A stretch of DNA of 64,000 nt. Source: Eledone cirrhosa (Eukaryota). The notes beneath the pieces are model-generated. The model did not search any database. It worked only from the letters and a program-made list of their open reading frames with translations, and was not told the origin of the DNA. The position numbers were made by a program, and so were the translations under genes. Shown here in pieces: positions 61,800-64,000 of this stretch. Positions within the stretch are counted from its first letter, which is position 1, and each line of letters starts with the position of its first letter. The DNA lies in contig OZ024741.1 in the NCBI GenBank assembly GCA_964016885.1, forward strand, positions 36,580,001 to 36,644,000, read 5' to 3'.

Positions 61800-62285
61800 T
61801 CTACATGTTTGTTTCAGCCTGTCCATATAGGAAGGTGGGTCTTCTGCAGTACAATGTAATACCCAGAGATTTTGATCCTGTTGTTATTTCCTTTGAGCAG
61901 TTTAAATGGTGTAAAGTCAGCTTTTATCACAAGCTTTCTTAGGTCTTCCTCTTCCATAGCTTCCATCAACTTTGAGTGCCCTGCACCTTTTTATACGGCT
62001 GTCATCCTCCATGTGCATTACATGTCTATACCATTGCAGTTTCCACTCCTGCACACTTCATCCAATCCCTCTTATGCTCAGTTTCTCTCTCAGTTAATTT
62101 ACACTTTACCGCTCATGTACACATTCATCAAAGTATGCAAGCTTTGTTTCTTTCCAATCTTTGTAGGTCTTCTGCATAATGCTCAAGTCTCCCTTTCATG
62201 CAGCATTGCAATTCGTACACAAGCATCATACAATCTGTCTAAAATCTGCCTTTAATATTGAGGGAAATACCCTTTGAAGTTAGCA
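61800..62285 (-). mobile_element. Old degenerate RTE LINE fragment
   Basis: Reverse complement resembles the LYDACVRIAMLH...GRPKK region of the family. Confidence 0.6.
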
Positions 62286-62333
62286 AGCGTGGAACATGGA
62301 CGTTAAACGATGATGATGATGATGATATATATG

Positions 62334-62524
62334 AAAAGATTTAGGACGCTGATGGCTGAGCGCTGCCCATTTCGACAGCTAGATCCGAGTTCAGATCTAG
62401 CTGTCAAAATGGCCGGAGCTCAGCCGTCGGGATCCTGAATCTTTTGATATTACCTACTCTATTACCCCAAGTATCGAGTACTCTGGTGGGTTACGGTCTA
62501 CCTGGTTTTTACCACACCCTATCT
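62334..62524. repeat. Unclassified dispersed element with a 112-nt terminal hairpin; second, partly deleted copy at 58412-58560
   Basis: The reverse complement of 62334-62520 aligns to 58420-58558. Confidence 0.7.
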
Positions 62525-62773
62525 GATAAGTGGGAAAATTCCCGTCCAAACCCATGCTAGCATGGAAGATGGACGTTAAACGATGATGATGATGATATTG
62601 TAGTAAAAGATTGTTAGAAATATCCAAGGGTAAGAACACTCAGTCCATAGGACAAGTTAAGTAGAATTAGTTACAACTTCTAAAAACTTTTGTTGGGGTA
62701 GCCAGCTCAAATGAGTTGGGGTGTATAACCCAATAAAACTTAAGTACCTGTATATGTCACTATTGTAACTAAT

Positions 62774-62956
62774 TGTGTGTGTGTGTGTGTGTGGATGTGT
62801 GGGTGTAGGTGTGTGGATGTGTGGGTGTGGATGGATGGTGAATGTGTGGGTGTGGGTGTGTGTGGATGTGGGTGTGGATGGATGGGTGTGGTTGTGGGGG
62901 CGTGGGTGTGGGAGCGTGGGTGGGTGTGGGTGTGGGTCCGTGTGTGTGTGTGTGTT
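62774..62956. repeat. GT-rich low-complexity tract
   Basis: Directly visible. Confidence 0.9.
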
Positions 62957-64000
62957 GAATGAAAACATTACTATACAAATGAAATTACCCACTATACACA
63001 CCATATTATTTTGCTATTATTGTTGTTTTGTCCTTGGTGAGCATGGAATGTGTAGACATGTGATCAATTACTTTTTCAGTCATCACTACCATGATTTGTT
63101 TTCAGGAATAGTGTATCTAGAACTATATCATTCAATGTGCCATTTAAAATAATAAGGTATGATTTGATTTGCAGGGGATTTGGCTGCCATTTGTAGCATA
63201 GAAGCTACCTCATCGGCACAATTTTTTTCTTGTTGCTAATGCTGTTAATGTTGGCCATTACTGGTGGTTATTGATATAGGAGAGCTATATTTTGCAGCTG
63301 AGTTGCTTTAAGCAAGATAAGAGTATTTGTCTTCCGGTGAAAAGCTAACTAGTTATTAAACCTTTACAGACAATTTTGTATGTTTTTCTCTGTAAGAAGA
63401 GGATGATACAGAGTGTTTACACTTGTTCATTTTTATATATCAGTAAGATATGCTTTACTAAGAAGATCTGATAAGACCAAAAGTTTTGTCTGTTATTTTC
63501 ATCATTTGGCTTGTACGAAAAGACTAGATTTACTTTAATCTGCATTTTCTATATTCTTCAAAAATTCTGATTAACCGTTCTTATTGGAGTTATCTCTCTT
63601 GTCCACTGATTTTAGATTTTAAACACCCTTAATTTTTGTTCACTAATTGCTTCAATGATCACAATTAATTAAAATATTTCAATCCACTATATTCAGGACC
63701 AGCACTTGGATATTTAACACCCTAGGTTAGCCCTACAATGTGCACCTCATCTCCTGAATAAAATAATTTCAACTTACAGTTTGGCAAGTTGAAAAACCTA
63801 GTTTTTGACACTTCATGCTCTGATCATCATTGCTCTCACCGAACTATGAAAATTACTAAGCTTGTATTTCCTACTACACAGACCATGTTTACTCATGCCA
63901 AACAACTCCCCCCATTATTTTGAATATTTCCACAATGTTTCTATGCAGCAAAGATATTTGGTGATGATTTATTTATTAATTGTAATAAATTTTTAATAGA

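Noticed and set aside
63106-63156. 51-nt + strand candidate exon (ttttcag|...aag|gtatga)
   Set aside because: Splice signals only; no recognisable peptide or partner exon, and it borders SINE-like sequence.
63455-63490. Decayed hammerhead/Penelope-like motif (ctaagaagatctgataagaccaaaag)
   Set aside because: The catalytic CTGAnGA and GAAA boxes are not intact and no Penelope ORF is visible.

Overview
AT-rich, repeat-dense animal genomic DNA. The SINE/LINE repertoire (CORE and Deu/Nin SINEs with RTE-type (GAT)n tails) suggests a cephalopod such as octopus, but this is inference. The only host gene I can support is the 3' end of SMC6 on the + strand: three GT-AG exons at 30750-30902, 32245-32342 and 42704-42830 that splice in frame and encode the LSGGE signature, Walker B/D-loop ([10 protein letters not shown]) and an acidic C-terminus. 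I found no upstream SMC6 exon in the preceding 30.7 kb. Almost everything else is mobile DNA or tandem repeat: one abundant RTE-clade LINE family with a post-RT Cys/His finger (about 10 copies), two other RTE-like LINEs, a CR1, two hAT (Buster/Charlie) elements with 8-bp TSDs, two non-autonomous Helitrons plus a RepHel fragment, mariner and piggyBac-like MITEs, SINEs, a 1.36-kb tandem duplication, several minisatellites and trinucleotide-like tracts. I see no convincing new biological system. The best leads are a duplicated decoy splice acceptor in SMC6, a ~1-kb inverted LINE pair inside an SMC6 intron, an endonuclease-deleted but RT-intact LINE ORF, Helitrons with fully palindromic ends, an unclassified hairpin element, a miRNA-sized hairpin and an ETS/E-box minisatellite.
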